From Euglena gracilis (Eukaryota), in assembly GCA_039621445.1 (NCBI GenBank), contig CP154954.1, forward strand, positions 47,161,847 through 47,225,846: DNA of 64,000 nucleotides, written 5' to 3'. The position numbers and the translations under genes are program-made. Positions within the stretch are counted from its first letter, which is position 1. Each line of letters opens with the position of its first letter. Below the pieces are notes generated by a model. The model saw only the letters and a list, made by a program, of their open reading frames with translations. It searched no databases and was not told the DNA's origin. Below, piece after piece: positions 34,601-46,438 of the stretch.

Positions 34601-37446
34601 CTGCCACCCGGACCACGTCATTGTTTACAGAGGTGGTGTCCCAGACCCCTGGGCCAGAGGGGGGGGGAATGCGCTGCACATTTTCCCGCATTTTTGTCAA
34701 TTTTTCAAAAAAGCGCATTTTTGCGCATTTTTTGCCCAATTTTGTATATTTTGCCATTTTTTCACATTTTCCACCCAATTCACATGCTCACCGAATTCTG
34801 CCCACATTCAACTGACCCACTTCTGTCTCCAACGAACCCATTTTCGCATTTTTTTTTCCACCCAAGGGACCCATCTCAAGAAAACCCTTGGGTGATGAGG
34901 TGTGGGTACTCATCCAATGACGATGAGGGCATTAGTGGTTTCAGAGACCCCACACTGACACGTAACCAAGGCGGGAATCCCACTCCCCTGGTCACAAGTA
35001 AGGGCTGACATTGTTGGTTATGGTGAACGGAGAGTGACGCCTTGGTCATGCATTTTTTGGCCAAAATGCAATTTCAGCTCTTTTTGGTGATTTTGGTTTA
35101 ATTTTGGGTTTATTGTTGGAAATTTTTCTAAGTCCTTTTCCCCTTAGGAATGTCACAAACTCAGTGCATTTTTTGCGCATTTTTTGCGCATTTTTTCCGA
35201 GGGCCGTCCAGCGCATTTCCCCCCCCCCTCCCCTGGCAACCCCCTCCCCTGCCCATACATTGAACCCTGCCCCCTGGGGGTCTTTAAAGAAAGTTCCCCC
35301 GACCTGGTCAGCCCACCACCAGACCACCAAAACAGGCTTTTGCTTGGTTGGGTGCCTACCCCACGGGGGGGGGGGGGGCAGTGCTAGGGCAGGCACCTTG
35401 CAGCACCCCTTCCGACCCCCCTGGGGGGGGGGGTGCCTGCCCACAGCAGGCACCCCCTGGGGGGGGGGGTGCCTGCCCACAGCAGGCACCCCCTCCAACC
35501 CTGGCGCTGAAGGGTCGCTGGGGGCCCGGAAAAGGCCATTTTCAATGCAATGAAAATTTTCTGGGTCCCACCCCCCCCCGGGGGGTGTGCCTGGGTGCAC
35601 CCAAGAGCCCCCCCCCCCCTCCCCCCCCCCCGGTCGGTAAAGAAGAGCCTGCACCAAAATCGCCATGGCCATTTTTCCACGGACCCATTAAGTTGGACCT
35701 CAATTCCGCCAAAATTGGTGCAACCTAAATTTTGAAACCTCTGAACCGAAAATCACCCCTTTCCATGATGGGTTTTTGGGGTTTTCTTGCCCTGGTCCTG
35801 CTGCCCAATGCATGCATTTTGTGCACAGTATGCATACACCTCACAAGCTGACCACAGCTCGAATCTTCAGGGTGTGGTTTTTTTGCCTGCCAAAGGTCTC
35901 CATTTCTGCCCCCTCCATTGCCGCTTGTCCGCTTTTCTCAAGTCTTGAAGCCTCACACAGCAGAAAGTTGTGGATTGGTGACAGACGGATCCCATGCAAG
36001 CTTGTTCAGGCACTTGCTGATTAGGGAAATGCACAAGCTTTCCTGTGCAGCCCTGACTGGGCAGGCCTAACGAATGCACAGAACTGACAGTTTGCCAGAA
36101 ATGTCGGACAGCAGTTTCCAAAAGAAAAACTCCATTTGGGTACTGCATGGTGTGTAAGAGCACAACCCGGCTTCTTTTTAAGATCCTTTTGTGGGTCTTT
36201 GCAGAATATTTGTCTGATGAAAGTTTTTGGCTGCTTATTTGACGTGTGCGTTCATCTCATATCCATATTTCTGTTTTGTCATAAAGCAGATAGGCTCGTG
36301 CCGATTCATGAACAAGCATGGAGCACCTTTGGAGGTGACTTTTGTTGACCCGTTTCAAAAAAGGAAGTGGTTGTGAATGTGCCACATATTCTCAGCTTTG
36401 ATGCTAGTGATGGGCCACAAAGGAAGCATTTTTTTTCTTTTCGCATCTTTGCATTTTGTATTTCCGCTACCTTTCAAGGATTGCTTTGCTTGTTTGTTCG
36501 ATCCCCCAAAGACAACCCCATCATGGAAAGCCTGGTCCATTCGGCCATTTTGTCATTGGCAACCCTCGGTGACTGATTGTTTTTGGCCCAAACCCCAGCA
36601 GGGGGGGGGGGGTTGGAGGTCAGACCATAGATTCATTTCACCCATGTGATCCCCCGCACCGGGGGGAGTGCAGTTGGTCTTTTGGAAACAATGAACGTTT
36701 TCTCAAGATATTATTGAAAATTGATTTTTGACTGTGAATCTCACCTCGGTGAAATGGCAAAATTGAAACTGGGGAGTTGGGCCTGTGTTCCGGCTTGTTT
36801 TGTGGCCCAACCCGGCGGTTTTGGGATGTTTTCTGTGGGGAAGTCCATTTTTCAAAATGTCGAAAACACAGCAAAATCGAAGGAAGTATCCAGTGCCCAA
36901 GAATGAAGCCCTTGGAATGCCCTACCTTATAACATTTTGATTTTCCTGAAAGCTCCACCCGTGGAGAGTCCCAGTGGCCTGATATTAAGTCCCCAGTGAT
37001 TTGTTTTTCATTTCCCCATTATTTTGAGGATTATTCGATTTTTTTGATTTGAGCCTGAAGTGGCCCGATTGCAGCTCAGAAAACAAGGCCAATGTGCAGT
37101 GTTTGGAGTTGGTTTCTTTAAAATAGCTCACCCCCCAAAATAAAAATAATAATCACAATAATAAAATTGCCGTAGCTAAACTCCCCATATTGGTTTCTGC
37201 CTCAAGCATCGCCTGACGCCATCAGGCAGGTTCCGGGGGAGAAGAACGAGAATGGGAAAATTGTTGTGGAAGAATTCTGGACGCCATTTTTACTAGCAGT
37301 ATTTCTGTCCAGGGTCCGTCGAATGAACTTCAAGACAACAGCCGTCTTGGAAATCGATTGACCTTTTTCGTTTTCATTTTTCTGAGTGACCTTTTGTTCC
37401 ATTTTGGGCATTTTTGGCGATGTTTAGATTTCTTTAAATTGTTGAT

Positions 37447-39445
37447 CAGACCTCCATTTAGTATGTATCACCCAAAAAAAATTTTCCGTATCACATGTAT
37501 CAGAGCCTAAAAATTAATGTATCACATATGTATCACCAAATTTTTCATAAAAATTTCCATTTTTACATCAAAATGTAATATTTTTTCCCTTTCTGTTCCG
37601 CCTCTCTGCAGACAAATGGTACATTTTTCTTGTGATAATGTTTTCGGCAATGTGTTTTCGGTTACAACTCGCCTATTCTCCCAGCAAAAGTTTTTCCAAT
37701 CTGCAGTCGGGGTTTTAGTGATTACCTCCCCGTTCGCATGTTCAATTCTAAGCACGTTTGCCAAAAATCAATTTTGAAAATGTCCCAAAAACATTCATTT
37801 TGAGCACATTTAATTTTTGGGACGTCCTTTATGAAAAGTGCAATGACAGTGAGCCATTGCCGTCCCCCCTGTGGGAATAGTTTGGGGGGGAGAGCCCGGG
37901 GGCTTGGCTCCGCTCCTCCTTACATGCATACTTGGCCCCCCTAAAGTTGGCCTTTGGCCCTTTGCATATGGCCGCCAAAATTCTTAACACGCAAATTTGG
38001 CCCCCTAAGGTTGGCCCCCTTGCCTTACCTTCAATCATGGCCCAGGCCAAGCGCCCGGGAGGGGTGAGGTAAACCCTCCCCCCAAATAATACCCCCCCCC
38101 TCGAGGTCCGATTTCCTCCACCAAATTAATACCCCCCCCCCCCACCCAAATCTCGGGCCGACGACCCGGATTTTGACCTGAAAAGGTGGGTAAAAATAAA
38201 AGTATCTGACAACAAATTACGAAAAGATTCGATTTTTCTTGATTATCTGGCTTCCAAAAATGCTAAATTTTATGAGAAAGTACAAAAAATGACCCCAAAG
38301 GGGTGTTTTGGGTGCTATTTTGGGCCTAACCCCCCCCCCAAATAATACCCTCCGGGGTTTATTTTTTCGCTTTAAGTCCCGGCCCGAGGGAGGGGTATTA
38401 TTTCCAAAAAAAATTTCGAAATTTTCGAAGTCCCGTAATATCTTGTCAATGGTTTGAGGAATTGTTGTTGCGGAATCCTGTCTTCCGCGTTTTGAAGGTT
38501 CCCTTTGGAAGGAGGCATTTGACAGCAAGAAAACTTTTGGATTCATCACAATTGAGGACATGGCACCCATGGCATTTCCACCGGGGGTCAGGCGTCTGTG
38601 AAGGATCAGTTGGCAGCGTCATCCAGCACAATGTAAGATTTCGTTCCATTCTTCTCTTACCGGGGGGGGGAATTTTGCCCTAGAGAAAATTTGCGCGGAC
38701 AAATTTCGCGGAAGCAAATCCCGCGAAATATTTCCGGGCATTTTTAAGGAATCCCGCGAAATTTTTGTCCATGTATTCCCTTTCACGCCATTTTTGCTTC
38801 ACAGAAAAAAAAATCCCGCGAAATATTTCCGGACATTTTTAAGAAATCCCGCAAAATTTGTCGTCCGCGAAATTGGTCGCCGCAAAATTTCTCTGGCACA
38901 AAATTCCCCCCCCCCCCCCGGTATCCTGTCCAATAAATTTAAAAATAACGGCTGAGAAGTTGCTGACAAAAAAAAGAGAAAAAACATATGGCAGCCGGGG
39001 ACCCGCCCAAAGAAAAAACCCGTGCATGCCCAAAAAAAGATGGCAGGGACCTGCCTTGGCAGACAGGTCAGCGCCACGGAAGCCGTTAAAAGTCGGCAGT
39101 TTTGACCCGTTAGTACATTAGAGTGGGTAGTCGGTCGACTAGTTGGCCGACTACCCACTACCCCCCCCCCCTGTCTCGCCGACTAGCTACCGACTAGGCT
39201 ACTAGGCTAGTGGGTGAACGCCATCTTATGTTTGTCTGAAAATTTTTCATCTTGTAAATCTGTGCTTCACAACTTTTATTATATGTTTCACCAAGGAAAA
39301 TTTGTGTATCACATATGTATCACCAAATTTTTTTTAATGTATCACATGTGTATCACCAAAAAAATTTTAATGTATCATATATGTATCACCAAAATAAAAT
39401 TAATGTATCACAGATACGTTGTGATACGCATTAAATGGCGGTCTG
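37447..39445. mobile_element. Second copy of the tgtatcac hAT-like element
   Basis: TIR cagacctccatttag / ttaaatggcggtctg; TSD ttgttgat at 37439-37446 and 39446-39453; shares an internal segment with the 20758 copy. Confidence 0.92.
38658..38923. mobile_element. TA-flanked MITE nested in the 37447 element
   Basis: TA-ccgggggggggaattttgcc / ggcacaaaattcccc..cgg-TA. Confidence 0.75.
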
Positions 39446-39895
39446 TTGTTGATTCATGAAACTGAAATTCCTGAAACAAGACAATTGGGATTGTATCTGT
39501 CTGTTTGAACAGCTGCCAAATTGCCCCTCAATCGAAAGGTTCTTTTATCTGACAACCAGCAATGGCAACTAAATCTGGCCACATTGTACAGAATTCTTAT
39601 TCTGGAAACTTGAAGTTTCAGAAAATGAAATGGCATATCTTATTTTCAGCCAGTTGTCAGCCCGGAATAGCCAGATCATCCATCTGACGGCAAGTTTTGT
39701 CTCTGTCAGTCCAAAATGCTTCCGAATCCCATAGGACCCAAAATTTCGAAAAAAATCAGAATCCGAAATGTCCAAAATTTCACAAAGATATCCCAATTTC
39801 ACAAGCAACAAATTTCAATGTCTTTGAAATCGACCTGACCCTAAAACTAAACGGGCACTGTCTTGGAAATCAACTGACCTAAACAATTTCTATAC

Positions 39896-39991
39896 AAAAA
39901 TCGACCGACACTAACAGATTCAGCAGGGGCGCCGGGCGCGAGCGAGCGAAGAGAGCCGCCCGGCTGAATCTGTTAGTGTCGGTCGATTTTT
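39896..39991. repeat. Perfect 29-bp inverted repeat with a 38-nt GC-rich loop
   Basis: 39896-39924 is the reverse complement of 39963-39991. Confidence 0.9.
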
Positions 39992-40090
39992 CTAAACCCT
40001 ATTTTGTCTGGGCCCGATCCCTGTCTTGAAATTCATTCGACCGAACCGCCTGGACCGAAATATGGTCTAAAAAGTGGTTTTTGGCCCATT

Positions 40091-40222
40091 AACGGGCGCC
40101 TGAATGGAAATCAACCGACATAAACGGGCGCCTGAATGGAAATCGACCGACATAAACGGGCGCCTGAATGGAAATCGACTGACATAAACGGGCGCCTGAA
40201 TGGAAATCGACTGACATAAACG
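40091..40222 (+). repeat. 32-bp tandem repeat aacgggcgcctgaatggaaatcgaccgacata (4 copies)
   Basis: Head-to-tail copies with no spacers; a second array lies at 40927-41077. Confidence 0.9.
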
Positions 40223-40926
40223 GTTTCCGATGTCTTGGAAATCGACCGACCTTTTGTTTCCTTTTTTGAATGCCTTTTTGTTCGTTTTTGGGACATTGTC
40301 AGTTTCAGCCTGAAACCCGTTAATGTCGACCAACCTTTTGTCTCTTTTTTTTTCGGAATGCTTTTTTCTTCCATTTTAAAAGAAACAATCTCTATATCAA
40401 GAATTGCGTCTTAAACACAGACTCTGACATGAGTCTGTGTTTCGAAACGCAGACTCAGGCCGAATAACAGACTCAGCGTTTCGAAACACAGACTCAGGTC
40501 ACAGTCTGTTTTTTTTTAAGAAACACAGATTTTGACCAAAGCCATGTTGCTTGAACACAGCCTTGGCCCGAAATCCGATGATGTCAATAGAATTGCAATA
40601 CAGGCGTCGAGCCCAGAAAATAGGTTTAACATTGCCAAATCACTCCTCACCTGAAAGCTGTTCTTTCAGATGACCAGATGTTCAGGACAAACTTGCCGAA
40701 TGCTTTTTCTGAAGTTCCAGAAAATGATAATCTTAAGTACCATCCTTACGTCTCTTCCATCCAAAGTTCAGCCAGTGGTGATCACCTGACCATAAAATTT
40801 GTTTTTTGTCTGATCCATAACGCCTCCACAGCCCCATAGGACCAAAAATGTCGAAAAAAAGGGAAATCCAAAATGTCCAAAAAGCCACTAAAAATTCCCA
40901 ATCTGACCAGCAACGGATTTCAATGG

Positions 40927-41077
40927 AATGGAAATCAACCGACATAAACGGGCGCCTGAATGGAAATCGACCGACATAAATGGGCGCCTGAATGGAAATC
41001 GACTGACATAAACGGGCGCCTGAATGGAAATCGACCGATATGAACGGGCGCCTGAATGGAAAGCGACCGACATAAAC
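40927..41077 (+). repeat. Second array of the 32-bp repeat
   Basis: About 4.5 copies. Confidence 0.9.
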
Positions 41078-44000
41078 AATTTCAGCCTGAAATCCGTTAA
41101 TGTCAGTAGAATTTCAAGACAGGTGTCGGGCCCAGAAAATAGGTTTTAAGGACCTGTCCAGCATTTTTCCGAGCCCCCCCCCCCATTCATAAACCCTCCG
41201 TGGCTTATGGGATCTGGTTTGGTTGGTCAGTCCCCCCGCCCTGCCGCCCTGGGGAAGAAAAATGAAAACCGCTGGATTTGATTTTTTTCTGCCACAAACC
41301 ACCCAAAAACTGATTCTTTGGCTGTTTTTTTTTTTTGAGACCAACCATCATCAGAAATGCCATTTTTGAGCAAATTTGCTGAAAAATTGCCAATTTGGGG
41401 GGGGTCCCGGGCCGACCGACCAAACATTGACTAAAATGGGGGGGGGGGGTCATAATTGCAGGAATTTGGTGAAAATCCAACCCCCCCCAAATGACTTTTG
41501 GATTCATTGATGGTCCAAATGAAAGAATGCCCTCGTTGTTTTATTTTTCAATTTCGAGTTCAGTATTTCACTAAATTTTGAGTGTTGGATTTGGGAAAAT
41601 TTCGGTATTTTGATGTGAGTTCTGATGGATTTTTCTGAAATGGGTTCAGGAGGTTTTTTTGCTGAGAAATATCCCCTTGGCATTTTAAGGATTCGTCCAA
41701 TGTTTTTCCTGACAGAACCGTGTAATTTGTACAGATGGGTGATGGGGTTGCCATTATTTTTGGATTCCCCTTCCTGCTTCCCGGGCAAAATGCTTTCTGG
41801 ACACAAGCAGACACTCCAACCAATTGCCTCAGCAGTTGAACATGGGTCATTAGAACACCCTGGTTTAAAGTTTGCTGCAAATGACCCATGATGATGTTTC
41901 CACAGCTGCACAACTGGAGGAAGTGTATGATATGCCAGCCACTCTCTTCTTTGCAAGCGTGGCTTTTCTGCGGAGGTTTTTCCCTTTCATTGTGGGACAT
42001 TTTTGGGTGGAAAATGGAGAGTCCACCCCCCCCCCCCAGGGGGTGGACTCTCCATTTCCGGGCGGGGTCTTCTGACTTGAAAAGAAGCCTGAGTGAAGGT
42101 CAGACCAACCTTGACCCTAATCTAACCCAAACCCCAGGGTCAGATTAGGGTTCAGATGAGGTCAGGTTATTTTATCTTACCGAATTTTTTTGATGGCGTT
42201 TGATGGAGGAAAATTCATGCACATGTGGTCCAGGGCCGCCCGTCCCCCCCCCCCCCGGGGTCCCGGACTGGAGGTGCTGGCATGGATTCCGCTTTGTGCC
42301 GAAAGTTTTTTGGGAAATACCCTCAGACGGCCCGATTTTTGGTCCCCTCCCCCAGCAGGGCAGAACGGGAATCGGCCAAACAGCCAGGGTGGTGGGGGGG
42401 TCGACCACCCCCCCCCCCACCTCTTCCCGTTGTTCTGGTGGCACCAGTTTTTGGACCCCAAAATTTTTCCCGGCGCCAGGTGCATTTTGGACCCATTTTG
42501 GGGCCCATATTTTGGGTCCCCCCAAACCCCCATTTTTTCACACCTTCATTTTGACATTTTTTCAAATTTTTGATTTTGAGAGGTTTTTGAAGGGGAAAAT
42601 GCCATTGAAAATCCAAATAATTTTCCATGAGAAAAAATGTCAGTAAAATTTGATTGTGCCAAATTTGGTCCAATGTTTTCGACCTGCATTTTTTCACCCC
42701 CCCCCCTAAAAGCTACCAATTTTTAAACCTGAAATTTTTGAGTGCTTTTTTTGTGAAAAAAAATGTGGTTTTCATCAAAAAAAATCATGCATTTGGGTTC
42801 AAAAAAGACTCTCGGCCAAAATCCCCGTTTGCCAGGGCAGGAGTCAGACATGGCACGAACCCTGGATCCCTGCCCCTCCCCCCCCCCCCTACCCCTCCCG
42901 GCCCCCCTACCCCCCTCCCACCCGATGAAATTTCCAAAATTGTTGCAGCACCTCACGTGATAAATTGGTCCCTACAGGGTACCAGGTGCCCCAAAAGAGT
43001 CGCCCAGCTGGGGTTTAACAACACACATGGGGGCCAACGCACATGGGGACACATGGGGCTCTCTTGGCGCCAAGCGAGGCGCCAAGAGAGGGTCCCCCCC
43101 ATGTGTATTATCAACCCTATTATTATTTACGCTATCTGGGCGATTATTTGGGTTCGCTGAGCACCCTGTTGAGGCAAATCTGACAACGATGAGCAGGACG
43201 GGTTCAATTATTTGCAGGAGAATCTTACCCCTCGCAAATGGTTTTTTCTGGTTGTCATTTCATCATTTCATGTTTTTTTTGGCCCCCTCCCCCCCCCTTC
43301 CCCAGGGATTGGCCCCAAAACGCATCGGTAGCACAAGGGGTTTTGTTATTTGTTTTGGGGGCCCTCAGAAAGTTGAGAAACAAGACCCCCCACCCTGCCC
43401 CCCACCCTCACCCTGATTCGTGCCATGTGTGGACTCATCATTCAAAACCTGGCGAGGGTCCAGCATCTGCATTGAAAGAAACAGAGCAGCAGAATGTTTT
43501 GGAATTAATTCAGGCAAACAGGAGATAATCTTTCAGTTATGTCATCAACAAAGCTTGGATGGGATATTGCCATCATGTGCAGAAAGGAGATTGTCCTCAG
43601 GGCCACGCACTACAACGTTGCGGTTTCTGTATATTAATGAGGTAGGAACCAGAGAAGGAGAACCCTGGCCGGAATTGATTGCCCCGGAAGGGCCTTACCC
43701 TACCTAAACCTCTTGTTTGTGCTTGTCAAAGTCCCCACCTGGTCTTCTGGACGATCCATTTTTTTTGTGCCCAGACGGTGTGGGCGGCAGAGGTGATAGG
43801 AATACCCGCCTTCGTGGGGCCAATGGTCCTTTCCCTTCTCTGGATTTCTTGGGCACTGTCTGCCAAGGGCTGTGGTCGCCCTGCAGGCCAGCATCCCCCA
43901 CTGCCCATTGGGTCAAGGCAGGAGCCAGCAGAGAGGTATTGAACCTGATAAGGGGAGGGGTCATGGCAGATCTTCTGAGAGAGAGAGAGAGAGAGAGAAT

Positions 44001-44363
44001 ACGAATGTGCAGGGGCAACCAGGCAAATCCACGCACAAACACACCAGAACAGAACAGCCGGCAAGGAAAGCAGGACCTCTCCCTTCCTCCCCCTTCCTCT
44101 GTCGTGGGAGTCCGAAAAAAACTAACCCCCCCCCAAAATATAAAACCCCCTCGGTTTTATATTTGGGCGGAAAAAAAACTACGGTTCCCCTTATCCCTCT
44201 TACGAGTCCCTGGACCAACATATTTGGGCGGAAATTTCAAGACCCCCCGGGGGGGTTTTACTTTGGCGGGAAACCCAAACTTCTGGCAACTTAATCCATT
44301 TTGTCTCCCCCAGCCATTTTGTGTTGTTTCCAATGGAATAATTCCTGTCTGGAGGCTCCCTTG

Positions 44364-46286
44364 ATGACTCAATCATCAAGGGAGTCAATGTCGGTAGTTT
44401 CAAGTGCCGAGACCACTGATATACCAACATCTGAGGTGTCAGGACAGGATGAATCCGAAGCCAATGCTTCAACAGTTGTAGCAGCGCCTGCCCCAAAGAA
44501 ACGCCGTCGCTCCATGGCTTTGTTTGTGAAAAAGAAGGCTATCCTGGAATTTGATGCTGGGTTTTGCTTGTTTGATTGTTCTGATGCAGCTTGCTCTCAT
44601 TATCAAGATTTCAAAGAGTTCTATCTGCAAGGAATACACTGTGTGCCTGGCCAATTTCAACCATGAGTGGTTGCAAAAGAGGGAAGAAATCTTCAAAGCA
44701 TGTGAAGAAATCAAGAAGGGGCGTTGTGGCAAGCGCAAGCGGGTGTCTGGTAATGGCTGGAAAGCGAAGTTTCCAGACCTGGAAAAGAAATTATATGAGT
44801 GGTTTCAACTGAAAAGGCATGTGAAAAAGTGTTTACCATGAATTATGCAAACCCTCACAACAGGTGCAGCAAAAAGAACGTGTCAGCTACCTTGGCCTCT
44901 TCCGTCATGCAAGGGAAACGTCTGCACCATTTGGAATCCCATCCAAGGAGCTCACCGACAAATGGTTTCTGGGCTTCCGAAGGCGCTTCAAGGTGTTTAC
45001 GTACCTGTGATGCCTCCGATATAAATTTTGGTGGTGTCACAGATGGTGAACACCAAGGAGAAGCGCATGTTGAAGATTGACCAGCTGAAGATGCTTGAGC
45101 GCGCACAAGGCTTCCATGGCTACCTTAGACAACTTTACAATCTACTGCGTTTCAAGGTTTTGTGTCACCTGAGGATTTGGTTTTTGGCTTCTTGTGACCC
45201 AGGTGAGCAACGTTGCGAATATGGATGAGAGTCCACTTTCGTTCACTGGGTACAAGTCCAACATGATGTCCTTGACTGTTAAGGGTCTGGACAACGTCGT
45301 TGGTATGTCAATCAACCACGGCAAACTCTTTGTTCTTTTCTCGTTGCAATCAGGGCTCAGCCCAATCACAGAACAAGACCTAAAGAAGGTCGCAACCTTG
45401 ATCATGACGGCATTCCCCCATGAGCAGAAGTTGCGGCCCATCCTGCTCTTCAAGGGCGGTGGACGTGTGTCCGAAGCGGAAAAGAGGAAGTGGAACAAGG
45501 AGGTGATCGTGCGGTTCAATGACACCGCAACCATGGATGGGGAGTTCATGTTGCGGTGTGCGTGATTTCCTAACACACACCGCGCTTTTCGCAATCTCAG
45601 GCATTACCTTCCACTTATCACGGACGCCATGCAAGGGACGGGTCTGTTGGTTTATGACAGCCAGAATTATGCTTAACATTGTGGGTACACTGCTTGGCAC
45701 TGTTGAACCCTGGTTGACTTTTTTTTGCTGCCCCCCCCAGTATTAAGCAAAACCTGATGGCAGCTGCAACAGTCACCTCACAGATGAGGTCAAGGGCGCC
45801 TTGTACGCAAACGGTGTTGCTTTAGCCGTGATCCCTCGCGAAATGACCCTTGCCTTACAATTCCTTGACCTTTACTTTTTTGCGTACTTCAAGCACTTGT
45901 ACGCCGAAGAGGTTGACAAAGTTCTTGAAAAAAAGACTGAGAAATTGAGTGCTTCCGATAAACGGGTCAGCATGACCCATTGCGCGGCGGCTGCATGGAA
46001 AGCCACTTCTGACCGCTTACCCATTGAGCGCCTCTTCCGTGAACTGGGATACATTTGGCATGGGGATGGCTCTGCCCTGAAAATCCCCGTCCTCCCATCC
46101 TACAAATTTGATCCTCTTAGGGCCACCCCAGTTATTCGAGTGCCACTGACGCCATATGAGCGCACTGAGATCCAAAAAATGGCCAAGGAGGACATCATGC
46201 CTGTTGCTGCTGGGTGTTCCCAATCTGTTCTGACCCCTGTTGCGAAGAAGTTAAAGCAGACCACTCTTCCCTTCGGGAAGCCGTGA
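44364..46286 (+). CDS. pogo-family transposase (HTH + CENP-B-like HTH + DD35D), spliced
   Basis: GT-AG introns 44821-44863, 44993-45042, 45157-45202, 45303-45353, 45556-45600 plus nonconventional 45659-45761 give one frame: KFPDLEKKLYEWF, KWFLGFRRRF, NMDESP, VYDSCNSHLT, QFLD. The first junction (about 44561-44608) is off by 1 nt. Confidence 0.85.
45659..45761 (+). other. Nonconventional intron, 103 nt, with 7/8 TSD relic
   Basis: agcCAGaattatgcttaa / ttaagcaaaacCTGatggc; flanks atgacagc / atggcagc; removal deletes an in-frame TAA and restores YD|SCNSH. Confidence 0.85.
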
Positions 46287-46438
46287 GGGATTGGTTGCAA
46301 ACTGCCTCGGGCCATGATCCCTGTTCACCAGCTGCTGCGCCTCCCTTGAGGGGGGGTTTTATATTTTGCGGGGGGGTTATATTTGGTCGCCAAATCAAAC
46401 GCCCTAGGGGGGGTTTTATATTTGGGGGGGGGGGGTTG

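Larger units (their letters stand above)
44124..46437 (+). mobile_element. pogo/Tigger-like DNA transposon
   Basis: TIR aacccccccccaaaatataaaacccc / ggggttttatatttgggggg..gtt encloses a transposase gene. Confidence 0.82.

Noticed and set aside
35760-36600. Autonomous hAT transposase for the 8-bp-TSD families
   Set aside because: No hAT domain was recognisable here or elsewhere in the window; the hAT assignment rests only on TSD length and termini.
40091-41077. 32-bp repeats as a CRISPR array
   Set aside because: Head-to-tail with no unique spacers, no cas genes, eukaryotic context.
41504-42000. Possible RT or other protein relic on the minus strand
   Set aside because: No motif could be identified with confidence.
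42108-42170. Telomere-like ccctaa/ttaggg tracts (also about 28520 and 51238-51275)
   Set aside because: Short and degenerate; not a telomeric array.
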